A stretch of DNA of 64,000 bases from an uncultured Candidatus Saccharibacteria bacterium (GCA_964493145.1 CAZBMV010000002.1:14157-78156); one strand, 5' to 3'. Counted from the first letter of the stretch, positions 32,055-40,918 are shown. The notes: generated from the sequence alone by a model not told the origin. Program-made: numbers and translations.

Positions 32055-32594
32055 ATGGTAGATGGGAAGTCAAAGATGCTTTTTTGGGTGATGGCGATGC
32101 TCATCGTACTTTCGGTGTCGGCATCGTACTACCGTTTTATGGTGCTCCATGATTACGTCGTGGAGGCGCAAATTGACTGCGACCCGACATTTGAAAGCTG
32201 TTTCGTCTGGGAATGTGACCCGAGCATAGAAGGCGAGTGTACCGGAAATGAAGAAGAAGATACATGGTATTACAAGATTGCACATCGTAACGCGAAGAAC
32301 ATTACCGGTTGCGAAGATGGTGACACGACCTGTCAATTCACCTGTCCGAGTGATGGGGAAGAAGAGTGTGATGAGATACTTTGTTCTGATGAAGCACTTG
32401 CAACATACGACGTTTTGAATACGTGTACAAATCCTGATGATTTTCAGGATGAGACTCTTGAGGAAACAGAAGATGAGGAAGTGGTAAATGAGGAGGAATT
32501 AGTAGATGACACAGAATCATCTGATGAACAGATTGCAGACGATACAATCTCCACAACAGGCGACACCGTTGAAGCAGACAAGGAAATAGAATAA
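32055..32594 (+). CDS. Single-TM protein with Cys-rich extracellular domain and acidic tail
   Basis: TM, DCDP..ESCFVWECDP...C, many Cys, Asp/Glu-rich C-terminus. Confidence 0.75.
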   Translation: MVDGKSKMLFWVMAMLIVLSVSASYYRFMVLHDYVVEAQIDCDPTFESCFVWECDPSIEGECTGNEEEDTWYYKIAHRNAKNITGCEDGDTTCQFTCPSDGEEECDEILCSDEALATYDVLNTCTNPDDFQDETLEETEDEEVVNEEELVDDTESSDEQIADDTISTTGDTVEADKEIE

Positions 32595-32700
32595 AAAATG
32601 TAGATGGTTAGCGGTGTGTGGGGGCGGTTGTCGTAATGATGCAATCATTGCAAGTAAAAATATTAATGGAGCATCCGAGAGGTTTTGTCAAAAGGAGTTT

Positions 32701-32766
32701 TTAGACATCCGGTCCGCAGGCACTAGTATGTCGTTGCTTTATAGGGGTTATCTTTGTGCTTTTCAT
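32701..32766 (-). pseudogene. N-terminal stub of a C39-like cysteine peptidase
   Basis: MKSTKITPIKQRHTSACGPDV*; Q....ACGP motif followed by an abrupt stop. Confidence 0.5.
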
Positions 32767-32780
32767 ATAACTATTCACCA

Positions 32781-33305
32781 CTACTTAACAATACTGAAAT
32801 GGTGGACATTGATTCTCTTTCCGTTTTTTACACGCGCTGACACAAAAAGCCCGTCTTGTGTAAAACCAACTTTCTCCAAAGCTTTCATCATGGGAATATT
32901 TCCTTCTTCAACCTCTGCACCAATACTGAAAATACCCAGATGTTCAAATGCGTAATGCGCTACAGCATTTATTACTTCTGTCGCAACACCTTTACCCCAA
33001 TAATTTTTGTCGCCAACAACAATGCCTAAATTTGCCACTCCGTGATACTCATTAAATTCGGTGAGAGCGACTGTTCCTATTGTTATCCCGTCAATTGTTT
33101 CAATTGACCAGTAGAAACCCTCTTCATCATTCTCACATTCATTGATGTACTCATATTGTGTCGTGATGTCCTGGGTTACACTTCGTGGTTCTGGCATAAA
33201 CGCTTGTACTTCTGGATCGGTGTCCCATTTCTGCCACAGCTCAACATCGCCCATTTTGAACGGACGGATATTATAATGTTCAGATGTGATTTTCGGTGAT
33301 TTCAT
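32781..33305 (-). CDS. GNAT acetyltransferase, RimJ/RimL family
   Basis: GIVVGDKNYWGKGVATE; N......EKVGF..DG. Confidence 0.9.
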   Translation of the reverse strand: MKSPKITSEHYNIRPFKMGDVELWQKWDTDPEVQAFMPEPRSVTQDITTQYEYINECENDEEGFYWSIETIDGITIGTVALTEFNEYHGVANLGIVVGDKNYWGKGVATEVINAVAHYAFEHLGIFSIGAEVEEGNIPMMKALEKVGFTQDGLFVSARVKNGKRINVHHFSIVK

Positions 33306-33529
33306 ACAACATCTAGTGTATCAAGAATCCCGGATTTTGTTGAACTCATAGATTCTGTTTAATGTCTCGTATTGCAAATCCTGTTTTTCATCCTATCTCA
33401 CATGCTAGAATGCTCGCATAATTTTACATAGTATGGAAAACAACACTGAACAATATTGGTCGATGCTGGGGAACAAATTGATCTATATATACGAATGATA
33501 CATTCGCAAAAATAATGGCTGACCCCATC

Positions 33530-34465
33530 TCACGGTCGTACATCTGTCCGGTCCAAGATTTTGAACCCTTCTATAACCGCTTCACAAAGAAAGTCCTCAA
33601 GCTGACTCTGGTCCCCTTTTGTCTGTGCCTTATACAGATACGTATAATACAGTTGTTTTTGTTCCTGACGGATAATAGCCGGAGCAATATTTGCGTTAAG
33701 CAGCATAGCGTTCATGAGTAATCGACCAACTCGACCATTACCATCTCCGAATGGATGAATTTGTTCGAACCTACTATGAACATCAGCAGATACGCCAATG
33801 ATGTCCGCAGTCTTTTCATGTATTCTGGTTATTACTTCCGTGATTAATTTAGTGATACTCATATAATTCGCAGTTGCTAAATGAACACCGGTTATTCTGA
33901 CCCCGTGATTTCTATATACACCCGCGTCCGAACGGACACCATTCATGAGAATGCTGTGAAGTTTAAGAACGAGAGCTTCATCGATTATTTTCTTTTGAGC
34001 GATATAATCAAATAAATAATTTAGAGCCGTCTGATGATTTTTTGCCTCCAATTGTTCAGAAAGGCTCTTACTCGGTAACGCAACATTATCAAAAAGGATA
34101 GCCGCTGTATCTCCCTCGGTAAGAGTACTGCCCTCGATACTGTTACTGTGGTATGTGAGCTTCAAAATGAATTGGTCACGAACATCGGGATTATCTAAAA
34201 TCTCATCTATCACACTTGAATATTCATTTGACTTTTTCTGAATAGCTTGTTTTTTTGCCACCAGAAAGTCGGCTGAGATTACCTTCTGTCCGGTAACTTC
34301 TAAAAAAAGTTCGTCTATCAATGCTCGCATTTTTGCTCGCGGGTGAGATTTCTCTGTCCACCAGCTATTAAACGTGACGAAAGACACACCAAACCTTTCT
34401 GCTAATTTGGTTTGGGTTAACCCCAACATTTTTTTAATTATCTCTAGTTTTTGGCGTGTATTCAT
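33530..34465 (-). CDS. HTH-Fic domain protein
   Basis: N-terminal HTH (TQTKLAERFGVS), inhibitory SNSIEG, HPFGDGNGRVGR. Confidence 0.93.
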   Translation of the reverse strand: MNTRQKLEIIKKMLGLTQTKLAERFGVSFVTFNSWWTEKSHPRAKMRALIDELFLEVTGQKVISADFLVAKKQAIQKKSNEYSSVIDEILDNPDVRDQFILKLTYHSNSIEGSTLTEGDTAAILFDNVALPSKSLSEQLEAKNHQTALNYLFDYIAQKKIIDEALVLKLHSILMNGVRSDAGVYRNHGVRITGVHLATANYMSITKLITEVITRIHEKTADIIGVSADVHSRFEQIHPFGDGNGRVGRLLMNAMLLNANIAPAIIRQEQKQLYYTYLYKAQTKGDQSQLEDFLCEAVIEGFKILDRTDVRP

Positions 34466-34500
34466 ATACGTTTAGATGCGAGTAGTAGTAGATATCAGTC

Positions 34501-34551
34501 ATGTTATCAAACTTTATAAAGTTAGTCAAAATGTCTAAACCTTATAAAGTT
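34501..34551 (-). promoter_or_regulatory. fic promoter with two palindromic operators
   Basis: aactttataaagtt (34510-34523) and aaccttataaagtt (34538-34551); minus-strand TTGACT-17-TAACAT. Confidence 0.65.
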
Positions 34552-34610
34552 ACAATAACGCTGATGGTGAAGAAATATTGTCCTGTTTATTCTATAATCT
34601 ATATACAATT

Positions 34611-35363
34611 ATGTACCCACAACATCTTCCCACATATATTCATACTTTTCTTGACTATCCCGACTGGAGAGCCGTCGAATCTGCACACTATATATTTAAC
34701 TACACAAATGGGAGTGAAGCAGAAAGGGAAATCCAACATATCATTCACACACAAGAGGAAGGCTTCACAAGAATACTTAATGTTCTTAAAATTGTACCTC
34801 CCACAAAGAAGATTACATACTACTTTTATCCCAATGAACAGCTCAAAATGCAGCTTATGGGTGATGATTGGTATGCCCAGTCTATTTATAATGAATTCTG
34901 TGTTCATGTGCTATATACATCTGAACACAAACCAATAGGACCACATGAAGATACGCATCTTCTGAGTCTACCGTGGGGTCTTTCGTGGTGCTTCCTCCAG
35001 GAAGGACTTGCGGAACATATAGTTGGACACTCGTGGGACAAATGCTCTCATATTGAGAAGATGAAGGAGGGTATTGCAAAAGGAATCAACCTTTATCCTT
35101 CAACCCAACTTTCAGACGAGGATTGGCTGAATACATCGGACGATGGTGCGATATATTACTATGCACTCGCTGGTTCATGGGCAACGTTTTTGATTGAGCA
35201 GTATGGGCTTGAATGTTTTAAGAATCTGTATACCAACACTCACAATACAATGTCGCGAAGTATGATTGAATCAGCATATATGAAATATTATGGTGTGTCA
35301 CTTGAGAATCTTGAAAGACAGTATTTCCAGAAAATTTTGGGTTCGAGAAGAACTTCTGAATAA
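34611..35363 (+). CDS. Gluzincin/peptidase MA-like protein
   Basis: HEDTH...LQEGLAE; Y..AGSW..FLIEQYG. Confidence 0.75.
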   Translation: MYPQHLPTYIHTFLDYPDWRAVESAHYIFNYTNGSEAEREIQHIIHTQEEGFTRILNVLKIVPPTKKITYYFYPNEQLKMQLMGDDWYAQSIYNEFCVHVLYTSEHKPIGPHEDTHLLSLPWGLSWCFLQEGLAEHIVGHSWDKCSHIEKMKEGIAKGINLYPSTQLSDEDWLNTSDDGAIYYYALAGSWATFLIEQYGLECFKNLYTNTHNTMSRSMIESAYMKYYGVSLENLERQYFQKILGSRRTSE

Positions 35364-35612
35364 AAATGCAATAAATGTTCTCACGGACGAAAAAATCAGA
35401 AACATCATTGAGAGTTCAGAGATGCAAAAGTTAAATTGGCGCATGAAATTCCCACTTAGGACTATGGAGAAATATTCCATTCCACCAAAAAATGAACGTC
35501 CCACCGTCGTAACCCCTTAAATGCACTGAAGCCCTCTATACTTTAGGACAAATTATGACATTCACACACAGCGGGTAAAAGCGTCGTGTTGTGGTTATGG
35601 GTGTGGTAAAAT

Positions 35613-36404
35613 ATGAGTACGTGTATGGAAAATATCTATTTGTCGCTGGATGAAGCTCGTGAAAAATTGAGAGAGCGGTGGAATGATGTTGAACTCAAAA
35701 GCAAAATTGAAAATGAATTAGGGGATAAATTTATCCAGCAATACTCAAGTGGTCCCCTTGGTATCACCACGCGACAAATAATATCCGCCGACAACGGTTG
35801 TTCTTTTTTAGACTACGCCGCTCATTACATTGGTGCTAAACCATGTGCACAAGAATTTTATGGTGATAAATTCGTTCATTTTAACGAAGAAAAGAAGGGT
35901 CTTGGCAGACTCAGAATCACGCTTAATACTGGAGAGTATGCAACGATTGATTGTATGGATTTCCACGCTTGTGAAAAAAAGAAGTTGATTGACTGTCAAC
36001 TTAAATCAGGCGAATCTCTTGTTGAGTTTCATCATGAACTTCTTGCAATAGACAATATAGGCATTGAGTATTTTGATAATACAAATTGGTACCATTCAAT
36101 CGGTCATGCGACAGATTATTATTATTACATGCTACTACATTTTGTCGCGCACGGTGTTCTCTTTGAGACATTTTATGACGAAGGAGGAACGACAGAGGAT
36201 GAGTTTACACACAATGTGGTATACCCAACGATTAACAGAATCCACGAAAAATTTGGTTTGATGCCAATGCTTATCAGAGCATACCCTGAGCACCAAAGTG
36301 ACGAAGAGGATTTTTACTGGTGGAATCACAGTAATAATGTCAACAAATGCATTATTGAATATGCATTAAAAAATAATCTTGAAATCAAAAAAGTATATGT
36401 ATGA
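35613..36404 (+). CDS. Uncharacterised protein, paralogue 2 (kinase-linked)
   Basis: RQIISAD, DKFVHFNEEKKGLGRL, LVEFHHEL, HFVAHGVLFE, EDFYWW. Confidence 0.82.
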   Translation: MSTCMENIYLSLDEAREKLRERWNDVELKSKIENELGDKFIQQYSSGPLGITTRQIISADNGCSFLDYAAHYIGAKPCAQEFYGDKFVHFNEEKKGLGRLRITLNTGEYATIDCMDFHACEKKKLIDCQLKSGESLVEFHHELLAIDNIGIEYFDNTNWYHSIGHATDYYYYMLLHFVAHGVLFETFYDEGGTTEDEFTHNVVYPTINRIHEKFGLMPMLIRAYPEHQSDEEDFYWWNHSNNVNKCIIEYALKNNLEIKKVYV

Positions 36405-37155
36405 AATATCTAACATTCATCTATCCCTTGATGATGTGCGGACCCAATTAAATCACAGGTGGAATAACGTTGATTTGAGAAAACAAATTGAAGACGAGCT
36501 CGGCGAGTATTTTATGCCGCAGTTTAAAAGTGTACCTCGTACAGTTTCTTTTAGACAAATATGTACTCCAGATCATGGGTTTTTCTTTTTTAATTATGCC
36601 TCCAAATATGTGGGGGCACAGCCACTCGTTCTTGAATACCATGATGATTTATTTGTATCACTAAATGAGGAGAAGAAGGGACTTGGTCGGCTTCGTATCG
36701 TAAATGAGAATGGTGCATGCACAACACTTGATATATTGGACTTTCATGAAAATGAAAGGAAAAAACTTTCAGAGTGCAAAACAAAGCAGGGTGTTAATCT
36801 TGTAGATTTTCATCATGAGCTTTTTAAGGTTTCAAATACTGAGATTGAACTTTTAGATAACTCAAAATGGTTTAAGGCGCAGGGTTCTGCATCTGACTAT
36901 TACTACAATTTGTACCTACACTACGTCGCTCATGGTGTTGCGTTTGAAAATTTATTTGATGAGACGGAAAGTGGAATAAATTTTCTTAATAATATTGTTG
37001 AACCAGCCATTGAACGAATTTATTCTAAATACAATCTCAAACCTCTCATTGCTAGACAGTACCCAACTAATCAAAACGATGCCGAAGATTTCTACTGGTG
37101 GTCCTATCCATCACGTATAAATGATTATATAATTAAAATGAGTCCAGCAAATTAA
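36397..37155 (+). CDS. Uncharacterised protein, paralogue 3 (kinase-linked)
   Basis: RQICTPD, DLFVSLNEEKKGLGRL, LVDFHHEL, HYVAHGVAFE, EDFYWWSYP. Confidence 0.82.
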   Translation: MYEISNIHLSLDDVRTQLNHRWNNVDLRKQIEDELGEYFMPQFKSVPRTVSFRQICTPDHGFFFFNYASKYVGAQPLVLEYHDDLFVSLNEEKKGLGRLRIVNENGACTTLDILDFHENERKKLSECKTKQGVNLVDFHHELFKVSNTEIELLDNSKWFKAQGSASDYYYNLYLHYVAHGVAFENLFDETESGINFLNNIVEPAIERIYSKYNLKPLIARQYPTNQNDAEDFYWWSYPSRINDYIIKMSPAN

Positions 37156-37156
37156 A

Positions 37157-38839
37157 ATGATATGCACTGATATACCACCTCCTGAATATTTAATTTTTTC
37201 GGACACTGTTCCGCAATTGCTTTATTATTCACATATACCTACCGCAATAATAACCTTATTCATTGGGCTTTTTGTTTTTTTGAAAAGTAAAAATTTATTA
37301 AGTGCATTACTTCTTTTAATCTCGTCTACCTTTACAATATGGCTCTTTATTAACCTTCTCAGTTGGACTAGCGTAAACGGTGACTTGATAATGTTCAACT
37401 CTTCACTCTTTGGTATCTTAAACATTGTTCTATTTTTTTCATTTTTATATTTTTATATATTTTATATTAGGAGGTGTGACGTTCACTATTTTTATAAAAT
37501 ATTATTATCACTTTTGCTTTTACCAGTTATTTTATTTAGTCAATATAATTTTTCTGTTTTTAACCTTACTTACTGTGAAGTATTTGATACTGTCGGTGTC
37601 TATTCGGACTATATTTACATACTTGAACTACTTGTATTTATTACCATATTACTATTTGGAGGATATAGTTATATACGTTCCAAGGAGGAGTTGAGAGAAC
37701 AAATTTTACTTATTACTTTTGGTGTAGGATCATTTTTATTTTTGTTTTTTACAACTGGATACTTTGCGAGCTACTTAAATGAAATGGGGTTCAATAACGC
37801 ATTTGAGATTGAGCAGTACGGTCTTTTTGGTATGACATTTTTTATCGGTGTGCTCTCATACCTCATCGTGAAGTTCCACGCCTTTAATATCAAACTTGCG
37901 GCGGCACAGGCGCTCGTCGTTGCGCTTATCTTTATTACCGGATCCGAACTCTTCTTCGTTGAGTCACTCACCAACTACATCCTCGTCAGTATTACGCTCA
38001 TCTTCTCCATCATTGGTGGATACTTCCTCGTGCGAAGTGTAAAGAGAGAAATAGCCCAGCGTGAAGAAATTGCACAACTCGCGGATACACTGGCGAAGGC
38101 GAATGAGCGATTGAAGATTTTGGACAAAATGAAGTCGGAGTTTGTCTCCATTGCATCGCACCAGCTCCGAAGCCCGCTCACCTCTATTCGCGGCTACGCG
38201 TCTATGCTTGCAGAAGGATCGTATGGGAAACTACCTGAGAAAGCGCAGGAAGTTGCAAGCAGTATTGCCGAGTCAAGCAAATTTATGGCAATGTCTATTG
38301 AGGACTACCTCAATGTCTCGCGCATTGAAGCGGGGAACATGAAGTACGAGATGAGCGACTTTAGCTTAAAAGATGTTGCCGGAAAGGTTGTGGACGAATT
38401 GCGACCAACCGCCATGAAGAAGGGTCTTGTCATGGTCTTCCGTTCTGATTGCACCACGCAGGGTACCATTCACGCCGACATAGGAAAGACGCGCCAGATC
38501 ATCATGAACCTCGTGGACAACTCCATGAAGTACACGCCAAAGGGTACCGTGACGGTCATCGCGCACGACGACGTGAAAAAGAAGAAGATGTACGTCACGA
38601 TTCAAGACACCGGCATTGGCATGAGCAAGGAAACGCTAGAAGAGGTCTTTGATAAGTTCGTGAGGGCAAAGAACGCCAACAGCGTAAACGTCACCGGCAC
38701 CGGTCTCGGCCTTTTTGTCGCAAAGAAAATGGTTACCGAAATGAAAGGTAAGGTCTGGGCCGAGTCTGAAGGAGAAGGCAAGGGCTCACGGTTCATTGTG
38801 GAGTTTCCACTGATTTCTGGGGATGCGAGTGGGAAGTAA
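37157..38839 (+). CDS. Sensor histidine kinase with N-terminal multi-TM (HisKA_7TM-like) sensor
   Basis: H-box ASHQLRSPL, N-box NLVDNSMKY, DTGIGM, GTGLGL, GKGSRF. Confidence 0.95.
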   Translation: MICTDIPPPEYLIFSDTVPQLLYYSHIPTAIITLFIGLFVFLKSKNLLSALLLLISSTFTIWLFINLLSWTSVNGDLIMFNSSLFGILNIVLFFSFLYFYIFYIRRCDVHYFYKILLSLLLLPVILFSQYNFSVFNLTYCEVFDTVGVYSDYIYILELLVFITILLFGGYSYIRSKEELREQILLITFGVGSFLFLFFTTGYFASYLNEMGFNNAFEIEQYGLFGMTFFIGVLSYLIVKFHAFNIKLAAAQALVVALIFITGSELFFVESLTNYILVSITLIFSIIGGYFLVRSVKREIAQREEIAQLADTLAKANERLKILDKMKSEFVSIASHQLRSPLTSIRGYASMLAEGSYGKLPEKAQEVASSIAESSKFMAMSIEDYLNVSRIEAGNMKYEMSDFSLKDVAGKVVDELRPTAMKKGLVMVFRSDCTTQGTIHADIGKTRQIIMNLVDNSMKYTPKGTVTVIAHDDVKKKKMYVTIQDTGIGMSKETLEEVFDKFVRAKNANSVNVTGTGLGLFVAKKMVTEMKGKVWAESEGEGKGSRFIVEFPLISGDASGK

Positions 38840-38845
38840 TTTTTT

Positions 38846-39244
38846 ATGTAAGAAAAACAGTTTGACGAATGGAATAATGTTAAGAAGAAAATTGATTCTC
38901 ACATTCACAAGCCACCGCTATTTAAAGAACGTGAAATTTGGTGGTGCTCATTTGGTGTAAATGTTGGGTCAGAAGTGTGTGGCAAAAATGTATTTTTTCG
39001 TAGACCAGTTTTGGTTCTCAAAAAACTTTCTCAAACTTCGTTTATAGGAGTACCCCTATCAACAAAGAAGACTGAGGGTACGTGGTATATCGAAATTACT
39101 CACAGTGACGGTATGAAAAATACCGTAAACGTTGCACAGGTACGTTACGTTGATTACAGAAGACTTGATAAGAAGATTGGAACGCTTGATTCAATTGATT
39201 TTGAAAAGGTCAAAAACCAATTGAAAATAGTACTGGGTATATAA
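38846..39244 (+). pseudogene. PemK/MazF-family toxin with a nonsense codon at position 2
   Basis: ATG-TAA then in frame EKQFDEWN...REIWWCSFGVNVGSE..GK...RPVLV...GVPLST...QVR.VD.RRL. Confidence 0.8.
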
Positions 39245-39294
39245 CATAAATCCCCACCCTTTCGGGCGGGGGACGTGGCTAATGCCAAATGTAC
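39245..39294 (-). ncRNA. Putative small RNA convergent with the pemK-like gene
   Basis: Minus-strand TTGACA-17-TACAAT (39327-39299); GC hairpin with GAAA loop followed by a U-rich tail. Confidence 0.55.
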
Positions 39295-39377
39295 GTATAT
39301 TGTATACAGGTAAAGTTGTGTTGTCAATCGAAACTGAGTAACTAATTGCAGAATGAGTATTCCATGGTATTATGTTG

Positions 39378-39466
39378 ATGTGCTTGTGGGGCGTCAGCCC
39401 TATTCGGCTAATACATAAGCTGAAGGCAAGCATATTAAAAAATACCACCCTCGGGTGGTATTTTTT
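39378..39466 (+). ncRNA. Putative small RNA convergent with the BECR-like gene
   Basis: TTGCAG-16-TATTAT with extended TG; nested stems; terminator ataccaccc-tc-gggtggtatttttt. Confidence 0.55.
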
Positions 39467-39944
39467 AATCCTCATCCGGATTACCTTTCATAGTGGATAC
39501 AAATTTGATATCTCTATATTTATTTGTTGTCCATGCAGGCACAACGCTCCAAAAATGTAGCAGTCCATTATCCCCAATTTTTCTCAAGATTACTTTTATT
39601 TTTCTATTACCCATAATCGCAATGATTCCCCAGTACTGTATACGTTTTGCTTTCACAACCTTTGATTTCCTTTCTTTCACTACAAATTCTTTCAACATCT
39701 CTTCATACTCTTGGTGTGTAGTTGAGAGCGCAACGAGTTCAATCACTCGTGGCAAAAGTTTAAAGCGCATTACTTGCGAAGCACGATCACGTTCGTGTCT
39801 CGAATTCTTAAATATAATATGATTGAAACCTTCAGCATTGAAATATACAAGCTCATTCATAACAGGTGAAAACACCGGCTTTTGCAAAACATAAAAGGTG
39901 TGTGAATCCGCTTTTAATTTTTCATAATTTAAAAGATCATCCAT
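39465..39944 (-). CDS. Hypothetical protein, probable BECR (barnase/EndoU/colicin E5-D/RelE-like) ribonuclease
   Basis: V.FN..GFNHI, R..LLP...E, C-terminal strands IKVILRK.....HFWSV; the fold call is an inference. Confidence 0.6.
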   Translation of the reverse strand: MDDLLNYEKLKADSHTFYVLQKPVFSPVMNELVYFNAEGFNHIIFKNSRHERDRASQVMRFKLLPRVIELVALSTTHQEYEEMLKEFVVKERKSKVVKAKRIQYWGIIAIMGNRKIKVILRKIGDNGLLHFWSVVPAWTTNKYRDIKFVSTMKGNPDED

Positions 39945-39990
39945 GCAAAAAATTATATCATTTCAATGCACAAGTCCTTAACTTGCCTGA

Positions 39991-40185
39991 ATGAGGACAG
40001 GTGATGGTGATTATAAAATGCTTGTCGATTTTCTTATTGAGGAAAATCGGTTTGAAAAAGTATTGTTTCCAAATAGAAAATTTGCATCTTCATTGTATAA
40101 GCAGATTTCACACATTTATTTTGATGACTTAAGCAAAACGGAACTTCGCACCAAAATTGGGAAAAGAAAAGGGGGCCTTAGGTAA
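39991..40185 (+). pseudogene. C-terminal fragment of an NYN/LabA (PIN-like) domain protein
   Basis: TGDGDYKMLVDFL...P....SSL; N-terminal half absent. Confidence 0.7.
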
Positions 40186-40215
40186 TTAACCGTTCGGGCC
40201 CCTTTTCGTCGTGAT
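40160..40215 (-). ncRNA. Putative small RNA overlapping the 3' end of the NYN gene
   Basis: Minus-strand TTGACT-16-TAGTAT with extended TG (40249-40222); stem gaaaagggggcc/ggccccttttc. Confidence 0.45.
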
Positions 40216-40336
40216 GTATATATACTAGCAAGATGTTTTTAAAAGTCAACCGTATGCATAAAATAGTATTGGTGATATAACGTAACTGCCCACTCGTCTT
40301 AAGACCGGTGGTCGGTTATTGCTTGAATTATTAAAA

Positions 40337-40918
40337 ATGAAAATTTCTTGGAAAAAATATTTTGAGGTGCGGTGTGCAAAAAATGAACGTGAACTTCTCA
40401 CGGAAGCGCTTCCGTATGTCACGTGTCGAGGTATTGCACTTGATCTTGGCGCCGGTTCAATGAATGACTCAAAGTACCTACTCACACAAAATTTTAAACA
40501 CGTTATTGCAATGGATAGTGACGATGAGGCAGCGATATATGCGCATGAGATTACATCAGATCGTTTTGAATTTGTTAAAGAAACATTTCACAATTTTTTC
40601 TTTCAGGAAAACCTTTATGACCTGATAAACGCACAATATGCACTTCCGTTTATTCCACAGAATGATTTTGATACGCTCATTCCTAGGGTTGTACTGAGTC
40701 TCAAGTCAGGAGGTGTATTTTGCGGACAATTATTTGGTGTTTGCGATTCATGGAATGTGGAAGGGCACGAAATGTCTTTTCATACAGAAAATGAGATTCG
40801 AAATATTTTCAAAAATTTCAAAATTATTAAACTCCTTGAGGACAAAAAGGATGGCTTGACTGCGCTCGGGAAGGAGAAACACTGGCACATTTTTCACATT
40901 ATTGCGGTCAAGATGTAG
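40337..40918 (+). CDS. Class I SAM-dependent methyltransferase (TehB-like)
   Basis: ALDLGAG, YDLINAQYALPF, LKSGGVFCGQLFG..DSW. Confidence 0.9.
   Translation: MKISWKKYFEVRCAKNERELLTEALPYVTCRGIALDLGAGSMNDSKYLLTQNFKHVIAMDSDDEAAIYAHEITSDRFEFVKETFHNFFFQENLYDLINAQYALPFIPQNDFDTLIPRVVLSLKSGGVFCGQLFGVCDSWNVEGHEMSFHTENEIRNIFKNFKIIKLLEDKKDGLTALGKEKHWHIFHIIAVKM

Noticed and set aside
38846-38851. Stop-codon reassignment explaining ATG-TAA
   Set aside because: TAA, TAG and TGA all end core genes normally in this window (e.g. leuS and mraY end in TGA).
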